DNA of 64,000 nt from positions 45,911 through 109,910 of the IMG/VR virus record IMGVR_UViG_3300035659_000003; one strand, 5' to 3'. A program made the translations under genes and the position numbers. Shown here piece by piece: positions 28,010 to 37,400 of this stretch. A model generated the notes under the pieces. It was not told the origin of the DNA, searched no databases, and saw only the letters and a list, made by a program, of their open reading frames with translations. Positions within the stretch are counted from its first letter, which is position 1. Each line of letters starts with the position of its first letter. This stretch comes from a virus.

Positions 28010-30743
28010 TCGCTCTCCCGCCACCTGGACGGTTCTGCCGCTCAGTACCCATTCCAGGTGTGCGCCACGCACGCTGTGCCTGTGCCCTGCGCCCAAGCTC
28101 GGCGTTGACAGCCTTCAGACGATCGATATACTCCTGATGTACGTCGGGGGCCAGTTGCCTGGCCCGATCGCCCTTCAGGTAGTTGACCAGCGCGTCGTAG
28201 TGACGCGAGAGCTTCTTATCGTCCATGCGCTGCACGTCTGCGTGGGCCTGATCGCCCGCCTCGGGCTTCGGCTTCACCTTGCTTGCCGCACGCCGCAGGA
28301 TGTCGACGACCACCTTGGTCTGCATTCTCTCCTGCGGAGAGTCATCCTTGCCCGCCATGATACGATCCTTGGCGTGCTGCTCTATCCGAGCGGCTGCTCC
28401 GGCAAGGCGCTTGTAGGCGTCCGCCGGATCGCGGGTATCCTTGAGCCCCTCCTTGAAGTGGGCCAGAACCCGCTCCAACCCGCCAACGCCCAGAGCGCGG
28501 GCCTGCACAACAGCCTCGTCTAGAACGCCGTGGGCGTCCTCCAAGGCACCGGCAGGCTTCATCATTGTCTCCCCTCGGTGCGCGCGCTTCATGGGGTGGC
28601 AGTAGTCATAGGGCTCGTGCTTGTGCCATCCGGCGGGGCAACCGCCGACGGCCTTCTTGATCTCATCAATCGCCTTGTGCGCCTGCTGATAGGTTTCGTG
28701 AGCGCGCGTCCCGTAGGGAGGAACCTCATGGGTGCGGCTGACTGCAGGAGGCACGTCGGGCCTCGGCTTACCTACGTGACGGTGACTCGCAGACGGGGGT
28801 TTTGGCTTCAGTGGCTCTAGGGACAGGCGCTTATCGATCTTCTCAACCTCTTCCGCGATCTTCTGGTAGAGGTGCTTCGGCCCCCACTCCTGGGGATACT
28901 CGTCAGGGTGCTGCTTATCCAAGTGCCGCCGCCTCTTCTCGCGCGCGTCGCGCCGCCGCTCAATGTCGCCGTGAATCTTGTCACGCTGGCTCTGCAGCCG
29001 CTGTGCCGTCCGCGCGCGATCGTGCGTCTCTGCCCTGCGTGCTGCGTAAGACTGTGCGCTGCCATACGGGGAATGAGAATGCTCTGGGTTCAAGTCACTC
29101 ACATGCTTTTCCACACGGCTCAGGATTGTCTCGCAGTCGTCGTGAAGTGCGCCAGTCTCGTGCTTTTTCAAGGGATATGACGACCTCGGCCCAGACACAG
29201 ACTGAGGGCCTGGCCCCAATATCGGGCGCTTCACGCCTTCCGCCTTCTCCTCGTGACTGTGGACGAACGTTCCGCCCTTGTGGTCATGTGCTACTCCGTG
29301 GTGGCGGTGCTCGCGGGCTGTCCGACCGAACTTGGTGATGGGCTCGTACTCGGCCCGCCCGCCGCGCTCAGGCTTCGGATCGAAGATGGCCGTGTGGAGC
29401 CTGCGATTGGCTTCTGCCTCCGACTCGGATTTGCGCGGGTCGTGAGAGTGACTAGGATTCTCCTCGGTCTCGTGCTTTGCCAGCCGCTGCCCGTGCGCCG
29501 TCCCGCGCTGCTGTCGTGGCTTGGTCTGGCCGTGGGGCTTGCGCGAAGGCTTGACGCCCTTGATCTTCGTGCTCCGCCGCGACTTCTTCTTATCCAAGTC
29601 GTGGTGCTCCTGTGCGTGCTCGGAGAGAATCTCCGCAACGGACTGAAGCGTCCTACCGATCATAGTAACGTCCGCGAGTTCGGGGGTAGCCTCATCTGTG
29701 CCGCCACCGTTCTTTTTCACCCGCTTCGGCACGAACTTAGCAGGGCCGACATCGGGGGAGTCAGGAGCAACTGTTCTCCCGAACGCCCTATCCTTGCGCC
29801 GCGTCTCCCTGGCTGCGTCCGCTGGTGTCCAAGGATGTGATCTAATATTGGCGGCTCGCCAGGCCCCAGGGTCTGGGTGCGTCGGTCTAGCCTTCTTAAC
29901 GGGCTGCGGCTTGGCCTGCGGCCCACGAGGGTGCCAGCCCCAGGCAGGCGCATCAGGGCCTAGCTCGTGCTTCTCGAGTGCCCTCAGCGTCCTTGTATCG
30001 TGCCACTCTGCCACACGCGCGACATAAGGACGGTTCTTCTTGTAGTAATCGAGAATCTGCTTCCGCGCGTCCTTCTCGTTCTTGGCCTTCACATTCTTAG
30101 TCGACGTCTGCTGCTCTGGCCCCTTGACGGTATACTCCACGTAGCCAAAGTGCACGCGGTAGGTTTTGAGGTCGTCCTTCTTCTTCCCCTCCGCGCCGCC
30201 GCCCTCCTTTGTCGGGTCGTGAGAGTGCTCGGGATTCTCTTCAGTCTCGTGCTTCTTCATCGGCTTGTTACGCGGATTGAACCGTGAACCTGCCCACCCG
30301 CTCGGAGGCTTGCTCGTGTCACCAGGAGCCCTCCCTGCGTAGCGCTCTTCTGCAGAGGGCTTCTTAGGCAGCTCCCCACGCTTAGGATCAGCAGGGCTCG
30401 GAACAAAATGCTGCTTACCGACCCGCCCAGGCCCCCTAGCGAGCCCTGGGTGTGGCGCGGCCAACTGACGACGCGGTTGCGCGGGGGCAACACCAGAAAA
30501 ACCCTTGCCTTGATAGACCTTGGCCGGAATACCCTGCGGCTGTGGGTTCTGCACCGGCCCCTTCGGGACGGTCGGCTTCTTACCGAAGAGCTTGTTGATT
30601 TCAGTTATCCCCGCCCGAACCGCATCCAGAGCCTTATCCTCCACTTTATGTTTGATCGAGCCACAGTAGGCATCGGGATCGTCCTTGTCGCGGTTGCGCG
30701 ATACGCAGTCATCGAAGTTGGTGTAACCGGCAAACGGCATCAC
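28002..30743 (-). CDS. Basic, His/Pro-rich head-region polyprotein with repeated tags
   Basis: 913 aa. N-terminal PFAGYTNFDDCV..DPDAYCGSI motif, 2 tag B copies plus 1 variant, 1 CPxGxHxH motif, and many hydrophobic-x-K|H/A sites. Confidence 0.7.
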   Translation of the reverse strand: MMPFAGYTNFDDCVSRNRDKDDPDAYCGSIKHKVEDKALDAVRAGITEINKLFGKKPTVPKGPVQNPQPQGIPAKVYQGKGFSGVAPAQPRRQLAAPHPGLARGPGRVGKQHFVPSPADPKRGELPKKPSAEERYAGRAPGDTSKPPSGWAGSRFNPRNKPMKKHETEENPEHSHDPTKEGGGAEGKKKDDLKTYRVHFGYVEYTVKGPEQQTSTKNVKAKNEKDARKQILDYYKKNRPYVARVAEWHDTRTLRALEKHELGPDAPAWGWHPRGPQAKPQPVKKARPTHPDPGAWRAANIRSHPWTPADAARETRRKDRAFGRTVAPDSPDVGPAKFVPKRVKKNGGGTDEATPELADVTMIGRTLQSVAEILSEHAQEHHDLDKKKSRRSTKIKGVKPSRKPHGQTKPRQQRGTAHGQRLAKHETEENPSHSHDPRKSESEAEANRRLHTAIFDPKPERGGRAEYEPITKFGRTAREHRHHGVAHDHKGGTFVHSHEEKAEGVKRPILGPGPQSVSGPRSSYPLKKHETGALHDDCETILSRVEKHVSDLNPEHSHSPYGSAQSYAARRAETHDRARTAQRLQSQRDKIHGDIERRRDAREKRRRHLDKQHPDEYPQEWGPKHLYQKIAEEVEKIDKRLSLEPLKPKPPSASHRHVGKPRPDVPPAVSRTHEVPPYGTRAHETYQQAHKAIDEIKKAVGGCPAGWHKHEPYDYCHPMKRAHRGETMMKPAGALEDAHGVLDEAVVQARALGVGGLERVLAHFKEGLKDTRDPADAYKRLAGAAARIEQHAKDRIMAGKDDSPQERMQTKVVVDILRRAASKVKPKPEAGDQAHADVQRMDDKKLSRHYDALVNYLKGDRARQLAPDVHQEYIDRLKAVNAELGRRAQAQRAWRTPGMGTERQNRPGGGRANA

Positions 30744-30749
30744 TAGCTC

Positions 30750-33290
30750 CTACGGCAGGGCGTGAATCCGTGATGCCCCGCGCCGCCTACCCTCAGCCAT
30801 TGCCTGCCGCTTGGCGTCGGCGTACGAGCCGTGGATGAAGTGAGGCTTAGGGTCGTCGTCATACTGGAATGCCCATCCGCCCGTGCCTCTCGGCTTCTTC
30901 CCGTGGCTCCACTCAAAGCGCTCGGTTGCGACGTGCCTCGGCCCAGCCCCCTTGCCTGCGCGCGGGTCGTGCTCGCTGTGCGGGCTGTTCGGCGTGTCGT
31001 GCTTCTTTACTGGTGCGGTGGGGTCTGTCGGCACGCGCCGAGTCGGGGTGACGCCCCAGTCGCTACCAGATGTCCATACCTTACCGGATGGGCTCGACGC
31101 AGGGGCGGCCCCTGGCTTACGCTTCTCCAGCGCATCTGTTGCCGCGCGTAGCTCAGCCTGAGCCTTAGCGACTTCAGAATTCATCTTTTCGGCTTTTCTC
31201 TCCACGGGCACCTCTCGCGGGTATCCCGCTGCAGGCCGCTTGCCCGTCCACGCCGGACTAGAAGAGGTGTGCTCAATCTGCCCCATACTTCCCATTTGCG
31301 GGTGATAGGCACGAGCATGACTGTGCGTGTCGCCTGTCTCTTGATGCGTGTGCTCGCGTCCCTGGACGCCGTGCGGGTCAGCCAGCGGAGTCTTGCGAGC
31401 CTTGGAGAACGCGGGGCTCATCTGATCGCGCTTATGCATTGACCCACCAGGAAGCGTGTCCTGGGGCGGGGGCTTTGTAACCCCTGCCTTGGGGTCTCTG
31501 AAGTGCCGCTGCAGATCACGCTGTGCGGACGACATCCCACCCACCAGCTTCTTCGGCTTAGGCGCAGGGCCATAAGGTGCCCCGCCGTGCGGGTGAGGGC
31601 CATGCTCCTGTGGAGCGTCGTGCTTGTCTACCTCGGCCTTCTTCGCATTAGCCATTCCACCACGAGCGTGACTGGCCGAGTGGCCGAACTTGCGCTCGTG
31701 CTCACTGTATCCAGAACCATAAGGCCCAGGCGTCCGGCTTTCCGGCGCGCGGGGCTGCGGCGGAGAAATCTTCACCTTCCCGTGCGCGCCGTAATCGTGC
31801 TCGTGGGTCTCCCCACCAGGCCCCATGTGACCGTGCAACCTTCCCTGTCCGCCGCGAGGCCCTCCGTGGGGGGTCTCCTTCTCCAGCGCGGACGTTGCCG
31901 CACGCAGGGTTGCCTGTGCCTTGGCAAACGTAGGGCTCATCTTCGTGACTAGTGGCTGGACTTCGGTATGTGGCGTAAACTTCCGAGATGCGGGATGCTT
32001 TTGCGTCACAGGGTGACCCTCGGACGCCCCCTCGTGGCGATGCTGCCCAGGAGGACTGCCGTGCGTTGTGCGAAGCTTGCTGGGATCATAGGTGTCCTTC
32101 TGCACCTTCGCCTTCTTCGTCGGCGTAGCGGATGGGCGGGTTATTTTATAAGGATGATAATCCGGAGCCGGTACTTCGCTAGTGCCGCGCTGCCTGCGAA
32201 ACGGGCTGCGCGTCGAAGGGGCGTACCCGCCCTGGTGCCTCACCGACATCGTTCCCTGCTCACCTTGGGCCTTCATCGCTGGTTCCGATCGCGTGGGTGT
32301 CGGGGATGGATGGCTCCCAGGGCGCGGCCCAGGGACAGGAGCGACTGTAGACTGGGGCTGTGGAGTTGCGGGCTCGGCCTTCTTCGCAGGAGAGAAGCGT
32401 CCAGGGTAGTCCTGGGGATTCTTCTTGGGGCGAGGCGGGTCTGGCTTGGCACGCGGCCCCGCGCGATTACCGCCACCGCGTCCCGTCAGCCATCGCAAAC
32501 GCTCTGGGGACGAGCGAGGTGCGGGAGCATCCTCGGCCTTGTCCATAAGGTAGCTTGAGGTGCTCTTCTGCCCCGTGCTGGTGGGCTTACGCGGACGGCC
32601 AACCGGCTTGAAGCCGGAGGTCAGCGGCTGCGGATGTGTGTGGCGCTCGCCCTCGGGTGCTCGACTTCTCGATCCGAAGTGCGGGTGCGTCTGTGGACGC
32701 GAGTAGCGCTTCTTGTCCCCATAATGCTTCTCAAGCTCCTCGTCCTCGGCCTTGTTCATGCCCCCTCGGATCGAATGTGGGGCTCTCGTCGCGTAAGAGT
32801 CAGCACTAGTTCCCTTCTTCGACTTAGGCGGCCAGTGCGGAATACCAACTTCCTTGTCCTGGGCCTTCCACATGGCCTCGCGCCGTTTCGGTTCGCGCCG
32901 GACGGTCTTGCCCTTATCCAGGTCGCCTACGGCCCGAACGGACTTCCGCAGCGCAGATAGCGCCTTAGCCAACTCCACCGTATCCGGCAGCTCCTCACCG
33001 TCCTCGGCCTTGCCCACAACTTCCTTCAGGAACAGCTCCAGGGCCTGGTTGAGCTTCGCACCCTTGGCGAGCCCAGGCATCTGAAAGATACCAGCACCCG
33101 TCACGGCGTAGTAGGAACCGCCCTCGCGCCCCCACAACTCGGCATAGTTCGCCCCGTTGTCGGCGGACACGTAATGAACAATTCCGCCCTCGGCACCCTT
33201 GGACAGGTTCGGCCAGCGCGATGCGGTGCTGAGTGTGATGCCCATAGGCTGCACAGCCTTCGCGAGCCGACTCAAAAATGTCTGGATCAT
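30750..33290 (-). CDS. Basic low-complexity head-region polyprotein
   Basis: 846 aa with more than 20 x-x-K|A/H/G/S sites spaced 5-80 aa apart, a duplicated AKAQAxLRAATxALEK, and a C-terminal tag B variant plus HGKKPRGTGGWAF small-protein cargo. Confidence 0.7.
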   Translation of the reverse strand: MIQTFLSRLAKAVQPMGITLSTASRWPNLSKGAEGGIVHYVSADNGANYAELWGREGGSYYAVTGAGIFQMPGLAKGAKLNQALELFLKEVVGKAEDGEELPDTVELAKALSALRKSVRAVGDLDKGKTVRREPKRREAMWKAQDKEVGIPHWPPKSKKGTSADSYATRAPHSIRGGMNKAEDEELEKHYGDKKRYSRPQTHPHFGSRSRAPEGERHTHPQPLTSGFKPVGRPRKPTSTGQKSTSSYLMDKAEDAPAPRSSPERLRWLTGRGGGNRAGPRAKPDPPRPKKNPQDYPGRFSPAKKAEPATPQPQSTVAPVPGPRPGSHPSPTPTRSEPAMKAQGEQGTMSVRHQGGYAPSTRSPFRRQRGTSEVPAPDYHPYKITRPSATPTKKAKVQKDTYDPSKLRTTHGSPPGQHRHEGASEGHPVTQKHPASRKFTPHTEVQPLVTKMSPTFAKAQATLRAATSALEKETPHGGPRGGQGRLHGHMGPGGETHEHDYGAHGKVKISPPQPRAPESRTPGPYGSGYSEHERKFGHSASHARGGMANAKKAEVDKHDAPQEHGPHPHGGAPYGPAPKPKKLVGGMSSAQRDLQRHFRDPKAGVTKPPPQDTLPGGSMHKRDQMSPAFSKARKTPLADPHGVQGREHTHQETGDTHSHARAYHPQMGSMGQIEHTSSSPAWTGKRPAAGYPREVPVERKAEKMNSEVAKAQAELRAATDALEKRKPGAAPASSPSGKVWTSGSDWGVTPTRRVPTDPTAPVKKHDTPNSPHSEHDPRAGKGAGPRHVATERFEWSHGKKPRGTGGWAFQYDDDPKPHFIHGSYADAKRQAMAEGRRRGASRIHALP

Positions 33291-33362
33291 AGATAGGTTC
33301 CCCCCTAATACGCGTGTCTTACTCTCCCTTATTTTAGCAGAAGGGGCGGACTTGCGCCACCC

Positions 33363-34061
33363 CTACGGGTGATCCAGCCTGTAACGATACCACCCAGGAT
33401 CAGCATAAGGGTAGCGATACTTGAGCAGTTCCTTGTTTGCAGCGGTAGGCCGATCAACTTCGTAGCTCTGGTTCATGATCCCGCCCTCGAGATCGCCCAG
33501 ACCCAGACAGTGCCCGACCTCGTGATTGACCAGGCTGCGCCGCTGATACAGAGACATCGCATCCCAGTAGACTGCCACGTTCGGGTTCGTGGTCGCCCTG
33601 GTGTTGATGGTTACGGTGCACACCCCCGCCGTCCACATACGCTCCTTGTCCCAGTGGTACGCGCTCCAGTTAGCCTGCGCCGCCCTGTCAGCACCGAGAT
33701 AGCCCTGCACAATCCATATAGAGACAAGCCAGTACGGAGAGCAGGCGTTCTCGAACTCGATACCAATCTCGGCGAGAGGTTCACGCCAGCCCCCCTGATC
33801 GTCTAGGGCAACGTTTCCACCAGGAGCGGCGTAGCCCGCGCACCACCTGATAGGGCTTTTCTCGATCAGCGCGCGCAGTGGCACCGAAGGACACAGGCCA
33901 GGTGGTGGCGCGCACTTACCATCCCACCCTGTCTCCACAGGGACAATGGCCGGATTCGGCAGCGCAGGGAGAGCTGGCCCGCCGTCAGAGATCGTGATCA
34001 AAGCAAAAGCGGCGATGCTTATCGTCGCTATGGCGATAGCTAAAAGTGCCTTAGTGCGCAT
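33363..34061 (-). CDS. Secreted or membrane-anchored matrixin-like (metzincin) metalloprotease
   Basis: N-terminal hydrophobic segment, HEVGHCLGLGD, and Met-turn IMN. Confidence 0.75.
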   Translation of the reverse strand: MRTKALLAIAIATISIAAFALITISDGGPALPALPNPAIVPVETGWDGKCAPPPGLCPSVPLRALIEKSPIRWCAGYAAPGGNVALDDQGGWREPLAEIGIEFENACSPYWLVSIWIVQGYLGADRAAQANWSAYHWDKERMWTAGVCTVTINTRATTNPNVAVYWDAMSLYQRRSLVNHEVGHCLGLGDLEGGIMNQSYEVDRPTAANKELLKYRYPYADPGWYRYRLDHP

Positions 34062-34616
34062 CTACTGCAGCCTTATCTGCGACCCGAGTCGTCGCTTCAA
34101 ACCAGGAGCCAGCGTCCGTATTACCTCGCGTCGTGCGGGCCGAACATACGGCGTCGCCTTCTGGCGTGGCACGTTGCGCGCATGCGCATGTCGGGAGTGC
34201 GGCTTTACGAAGGTCTTGTTGTCACCGATATCCAGCGGGTTCTTACTGATCCGAAAGTAGCCACGCCGAAGAATGGTGTTTCTGAAGTGCCCGCGCGTCC
34301 AGTTTTGCTTCCACTCCTTGCGGCGGTGCTTAACCGTCCGCAAGTGGCCCTTGACCCTGTGGTAGCGGACGTTCTCGACGTGCGCCCGCATACCGTATTC
34401 CTTGCGCGCGGCGTAAGGAGCTGTGTAAACCAGCGTGAACCCGTTAGGCAACAGCGTCAGCACGCCGCTACGCCGCAGGTGGCCAGTCTTGTAGGGGGCA
34501 AGCTGGGCCGAGCGGTAGTGAATTTGCTTGCCTAATTCATGAAGCAGCGCGACTAGATGCCCCGACATCGCTGCCTGGAGCTTTACACCAATCGGCGCAA
34601 GGGAGCGCCTAGTCAT
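34062..34616 (-). CDS. HK97 gp10-like head-tail/neck protein
   Basis: AQLAPYKTGHLRRSG...YTAPYAARKEYG...PYVRPA. Confidence 0.65.
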   Translation of the reverse strand: MTRRSLAPIGVKLQAAMSGHLVALLHELGKQIHYRSAQLAPYKTGHLRRSGVLTLLPNGFTLVYTAPYAARKEYGMRAHVENVRYHRVKGHLRTVKHRRKEWKQNWTRGHFRNTILRRGYFRISKNPLDIGDNKTFVKPHSRHAHARNVPRQKATPYVRPARREVIRTLAPGLKRRLGSQIRLQ

Positions 34617-35004
34617 CCTCCATATCCTTCGCCCAGCTAGGCAGACGATCATCGGCTGGTTCGAGTAGGAGAAAGCGATTCACCCCCGCCATGGCCGCTA
34701 TGAACTCCGGCGACGCCCGCTTAGCGCGCCGCAGGACAAGCGTATTTCGCCGATCCTTGTCCGCCTTCATAATCAGTGCCGGAGGCTCGTGCGTAAACGG
34801 CGCGTCTGTGCTGCCTCGGCGGTTACTCTCGCAGGGATTGCCGGTGTTGCAGCTCGCCCGCCAACGTCGCAGGTATCCCCAGTAAGCCAACAGCTCCTCG
34901 TGCGTGAACTTAGTCGTTGGTGCCGACGCGTCCTGCAGGACGGACTCTGCCTCGTGAATGATCCTGCTGCCGCCCTCTTCCGGAGCGTCTAGAACGTCAG
35001 CCAT
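34609..35004 (-). CDS. Hypothetical protein
   Basis: 131 aa, coupled to both neighbours. Confidence 0.55.
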   Translation of the reverse strand: MADVLDAPEEGGSRIIHEAESVLQDASAPTTKFTHEELLAYWGYLRRWRASCNTGNPCESNRRGSTDAPFTHEPPALIMKADKDRRNTLVLRRAKRASPEFIAAMAGVNRFLLLEPADDRLPSWAKDMEDD

Positions 35005-35392
35005 TGCCGTTGCTCCTCTGATGGTGCTGAAACGCGCGGAACCACCAATGTATTACTACTGCAGACGCCAGCAGCGCAGGCCAGATATGCCAGCCAAGCG
35101 CCGTCCAGGTGTGCGGGTGGAGCGCATGAGAAAACAGCCCATGCCAGCCCCACATCTCGCCGTGCTCAAGGACGTGGTCGTAGAGAGCGATTCCCATTCC
35201 TCCGAAACCAACGATGCCTCCGAAGACCGCGATGACCAGCTCCAGCCAGGGCCGCCACTTGGAGCAAGGGAGCCACAGCAACGCAGCCACTGCAACAATA
35301 ATACATCCCGCAAAAGTCGGAGTCATCGCCCGCTTGCTCCACTTCTCTCTGTCCACGTAGTAGACTCCTTGCCCCCTTTGCTGCGCTACCAT
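34997..35392 (-). CDS. Membrane protein with 3 predicted TM segments
   Basis: Three hydrophobic stretches. Confidence 0.55.
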   Translation of the reverse strand: MVAQQRGQGVYYVDREKWSKRAMTPTFAGCIIVAVAALLWLPCSKWRPWLELVIAVFGGIVGFGGMGIALYDHVLEHGEMWGWHGLFSHALHPHTWTALGWHIWPALLASAVVIHWWFRAFQHHQRSNGNG

Positions 35393-35393
35393 C

Positions 35394-35867
35394 TTACGGC
35401 TCCGGCGCTGCCGGTGGAAGGTCTCCCGCCTCTGGCAGGCCGATCGTCACAACCACACACGGCGGGCCGTCGGTGTAGACCTTGCGGATCATCCAGAAGG
35501 CAATCCGACCATCGTCCTTCCAGCCTATCTTGTTGCCTGCGTCCCCTACTGCGCGGGCTAGCTTATCTCCGTCCGGCGCATGCCCATACCAGTCGTCATG
35601 TGGCCTGCTTTTCGGGCGGGTGAAATAGAACACCGCATCAACAGCCACAGGGCGGTCTAGCGGGAACGTCAGCCGGTCTAGCTCGCGTGCCATCACCTGC
35701 CCGACAAGGCGCACCCAGTCCTCGGTAGAATCAGGTGCCTTAGAGACAGGGAGGGGCTTGCGCCCCTCTCTTTGTGCCTTTTTCCATGCCGCGTCGGTTA
35801 TGAAGACGGCCCTGGAGCCCTTGGGCCTCGGCTGCCCATAGACAACGACGCGCGCTAGGACTTCCAT
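35394..35867 (-). CDS. rusA: RusA-family Holliday junction resolvase
   Basis: GQPRPKGS...PDGDKLARAVGDA...WKDDGRI...KVY. Confidence 0.8.
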   Translation of the reverse strand: MEVLARVVVYGQPRPKGSRAVFITDAAWKKAQREGRKPLPVSKAPDSTEDWVRLVGQVMARELDRLTFPLDRPVAVDAVFYFTRPKSRPHDDWYGHAPDGDKLARAVGDAGNKIGWKDDGRIAFWMIRKVYTDGPPCVVVTIGLPEAGDLPPAAPEP

Positions 35868-37400
35868 TTACTCGGTCGGATCGGGTGCTGGGTCGGGCCA
35901 CTCCCATGTCCCCGCTGCGCCCTCGACGTCGTGCAGGTAGCGCGCGTGCGTCTTAGGGTCGGCGTCGCTGAGGTTCACGGGGTAGGTAAAGGTCTTGCCC
36001 CAGCGGGGGTGGACGCCGAAGAACAGCCACATCGGGGCTGCTCCGGTTGCCAGCTTGGTGATGCTGTATTCGTCCGGCCCCTTGCTGCTGCCCGTCATGA
36101 CGATCGCGCCGTTTGGGGTCTGCATGTCGGCGGTCGTGTGGAAGTTGCCAACGCAGAAGTATTCGAAGTCCAGGTTGATCCGACGCAGCAAGTCGGACAG
36201 GTTCACGCGGGCACGGTTGATGCCGTAGTAGGGTATCTGGTTCCACATGGAGATCGTGTCCCCGTGCAGGAACAGGAATCGGTGGCCCTTGATCTCGACG
36301 ATCCTGAAAAAGGACTCCGGCACCTCGACGCGGACGTTCGGGATGTCGCGCACCATCACGCTGACCATGTGATAGACGATGGTGTCGAAGTTGTCGGCCT
36401 TCTCCTTGTGGACAGGCTTCGGCCACATGCGTGGGTGGTTCCCAGGCAGGCCGATGAACTCGACCTCGTCGAAGAACCTGGACAAGTCACGCAACCCGCA
36501 AGCCAGTAACCGTGCGGCACCGACGACGTGCTGCGTTGTGTATAGCTCATTCGTGCGTGCCAGCTCGTCGTGAATCGTTCCAGAGATGTTGTCGCCGACA
36601 TCGACCAGCCACAGCTTGTCGAAGTGCACACCCTTGTGGTGCCGAATCGCCAAGTTGATCACGGAGTCGATGTAGTCCTGAAACCGTGCCTGGGCCATTG
36701 CCACGTCGTAGCGTCCCAGACCGTGGGTTGCCGCCTCGCTGATGACTTCCCCAAGGTGGAGGCAGGAGATGAATGCCACAGCGTCCTGCGGATGGTGGTC
36801 GGGGTCGATCGGGGGAATCTCCAGAGACTTGGGCGCGGGCGGTATCGCATGAATCTCCGCCTCGAACATATCGTAGATGCGCTTAAAGTAGGTCTGATCG
36901 TCCAGTGCGACGTCGTAGCGATGTTTCAGCTCGGTGTAGCGCTGCCTCGCGTCTCGAACCTGGCGATCGCGCGTGACCGCCTCCTCGGTGGTCAATTCGG
37001 GCTCTGGCGCGGGGGGAGCTGCCTTGGGCGAAACGATGGGCGGAGCCTCCGGCGCGGGCGGGTCGTCCATGGGCTCTAGAATCACAGGCGGGGCCTCTGG
37101 CTCCAGATCGAAGTCGCCTGCCTGTTGCCCCATCAGACTAAGCTGTCCCGCTGGCGGCCTGTAGGTTTCGGCCTCTGAGTGAGAAATCCGCCCGTTGTTG
37201 TAGAGGATCAGATGGATCGCGTTGATCGTCGGGCGGGTGTCCGTCGGCAGAACGGGGATCAACTCCTCTTGGATTCGCTGGCAGTTAGCCCATCCATGCT
37301 CAGTTACGAGCTGGAGAGCGCGGCGGATGATCCACGCTTTCGTTCGCTGGTAGTCTTCGTAGGAGAGCCCTTCCGAGAGCGTCTTGAAGCGTTGTGGCAT
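35868..37400 (-). CDS. Calcineurin-like metallophosphoesterase with N-terminal extension
   Basis: SCLHLGE, GDNISG, GNH, LHGD and GNFH motifs. Confidence 0.75.
   Translation of the reverse strand: MPQRFKTLSEGLSYEDYQRTKAWIIRRALQLVTEHGWANCQRIQEELIPVLPTDTRPTINAIHLILYNNGRISHSEAETYRPPAGQLSLMGQQAGDFDLEPEAPPVILEPMDDPPAPEAPPIVSPKAAPPAPEPELTTEEAVTRDRQVRDARQRYTELKHRYDVALDDQTYFKRIYDMFEAEIHAIPPAPKSLEIPPIDPDHHPQDAVAFISCLHLGEVISEAATHGLGRYDVAMAQARFQDYIDSVINLAIRHHKGVHFDKLWLVDVGDNISGTIHDELARTNELYTTQHVVGAARLLACGLRDLSRFFDEVEFIGLPGNHPRMWPKPVHKEKADNFDTIVYHMVSVMVRDIPNVRVEVPESFFRIVEIKGHRFLFLHGDTISMWNQIPYYGINRARVNLSDLLRRINLDFEYFCVGNFHTTADMQTPNGAIVMTGSSKGPDEYSITKLATGAAPMWLFFGVHPRWGKTFTYPVNLSDADPKTHARYLHDVEGAAGTWEWPDPAPDPTE

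Larger units (their letters stand above)
21286..31004 (-). repeat. Dispersed coding repeat tag B: KH[D/E]TEENPxHSHDP[T/R]
   Basis: Copies at 21286-21330, 22174-22218, 24100-24144, 27123-27167, 29433-29477 and 30210-30254; variants at 29064-29108 and 30960-31004. Spread over 4 genes. Confidence 0.95.

Noticed and set aside
21286-31004. Repeated ~45-bp units as a CRISPR array
   Set aside because: Spacing is irregular (0.3-3 kb), the units are in-frame coding repeats with synonymous variation, and no cas genes are present.
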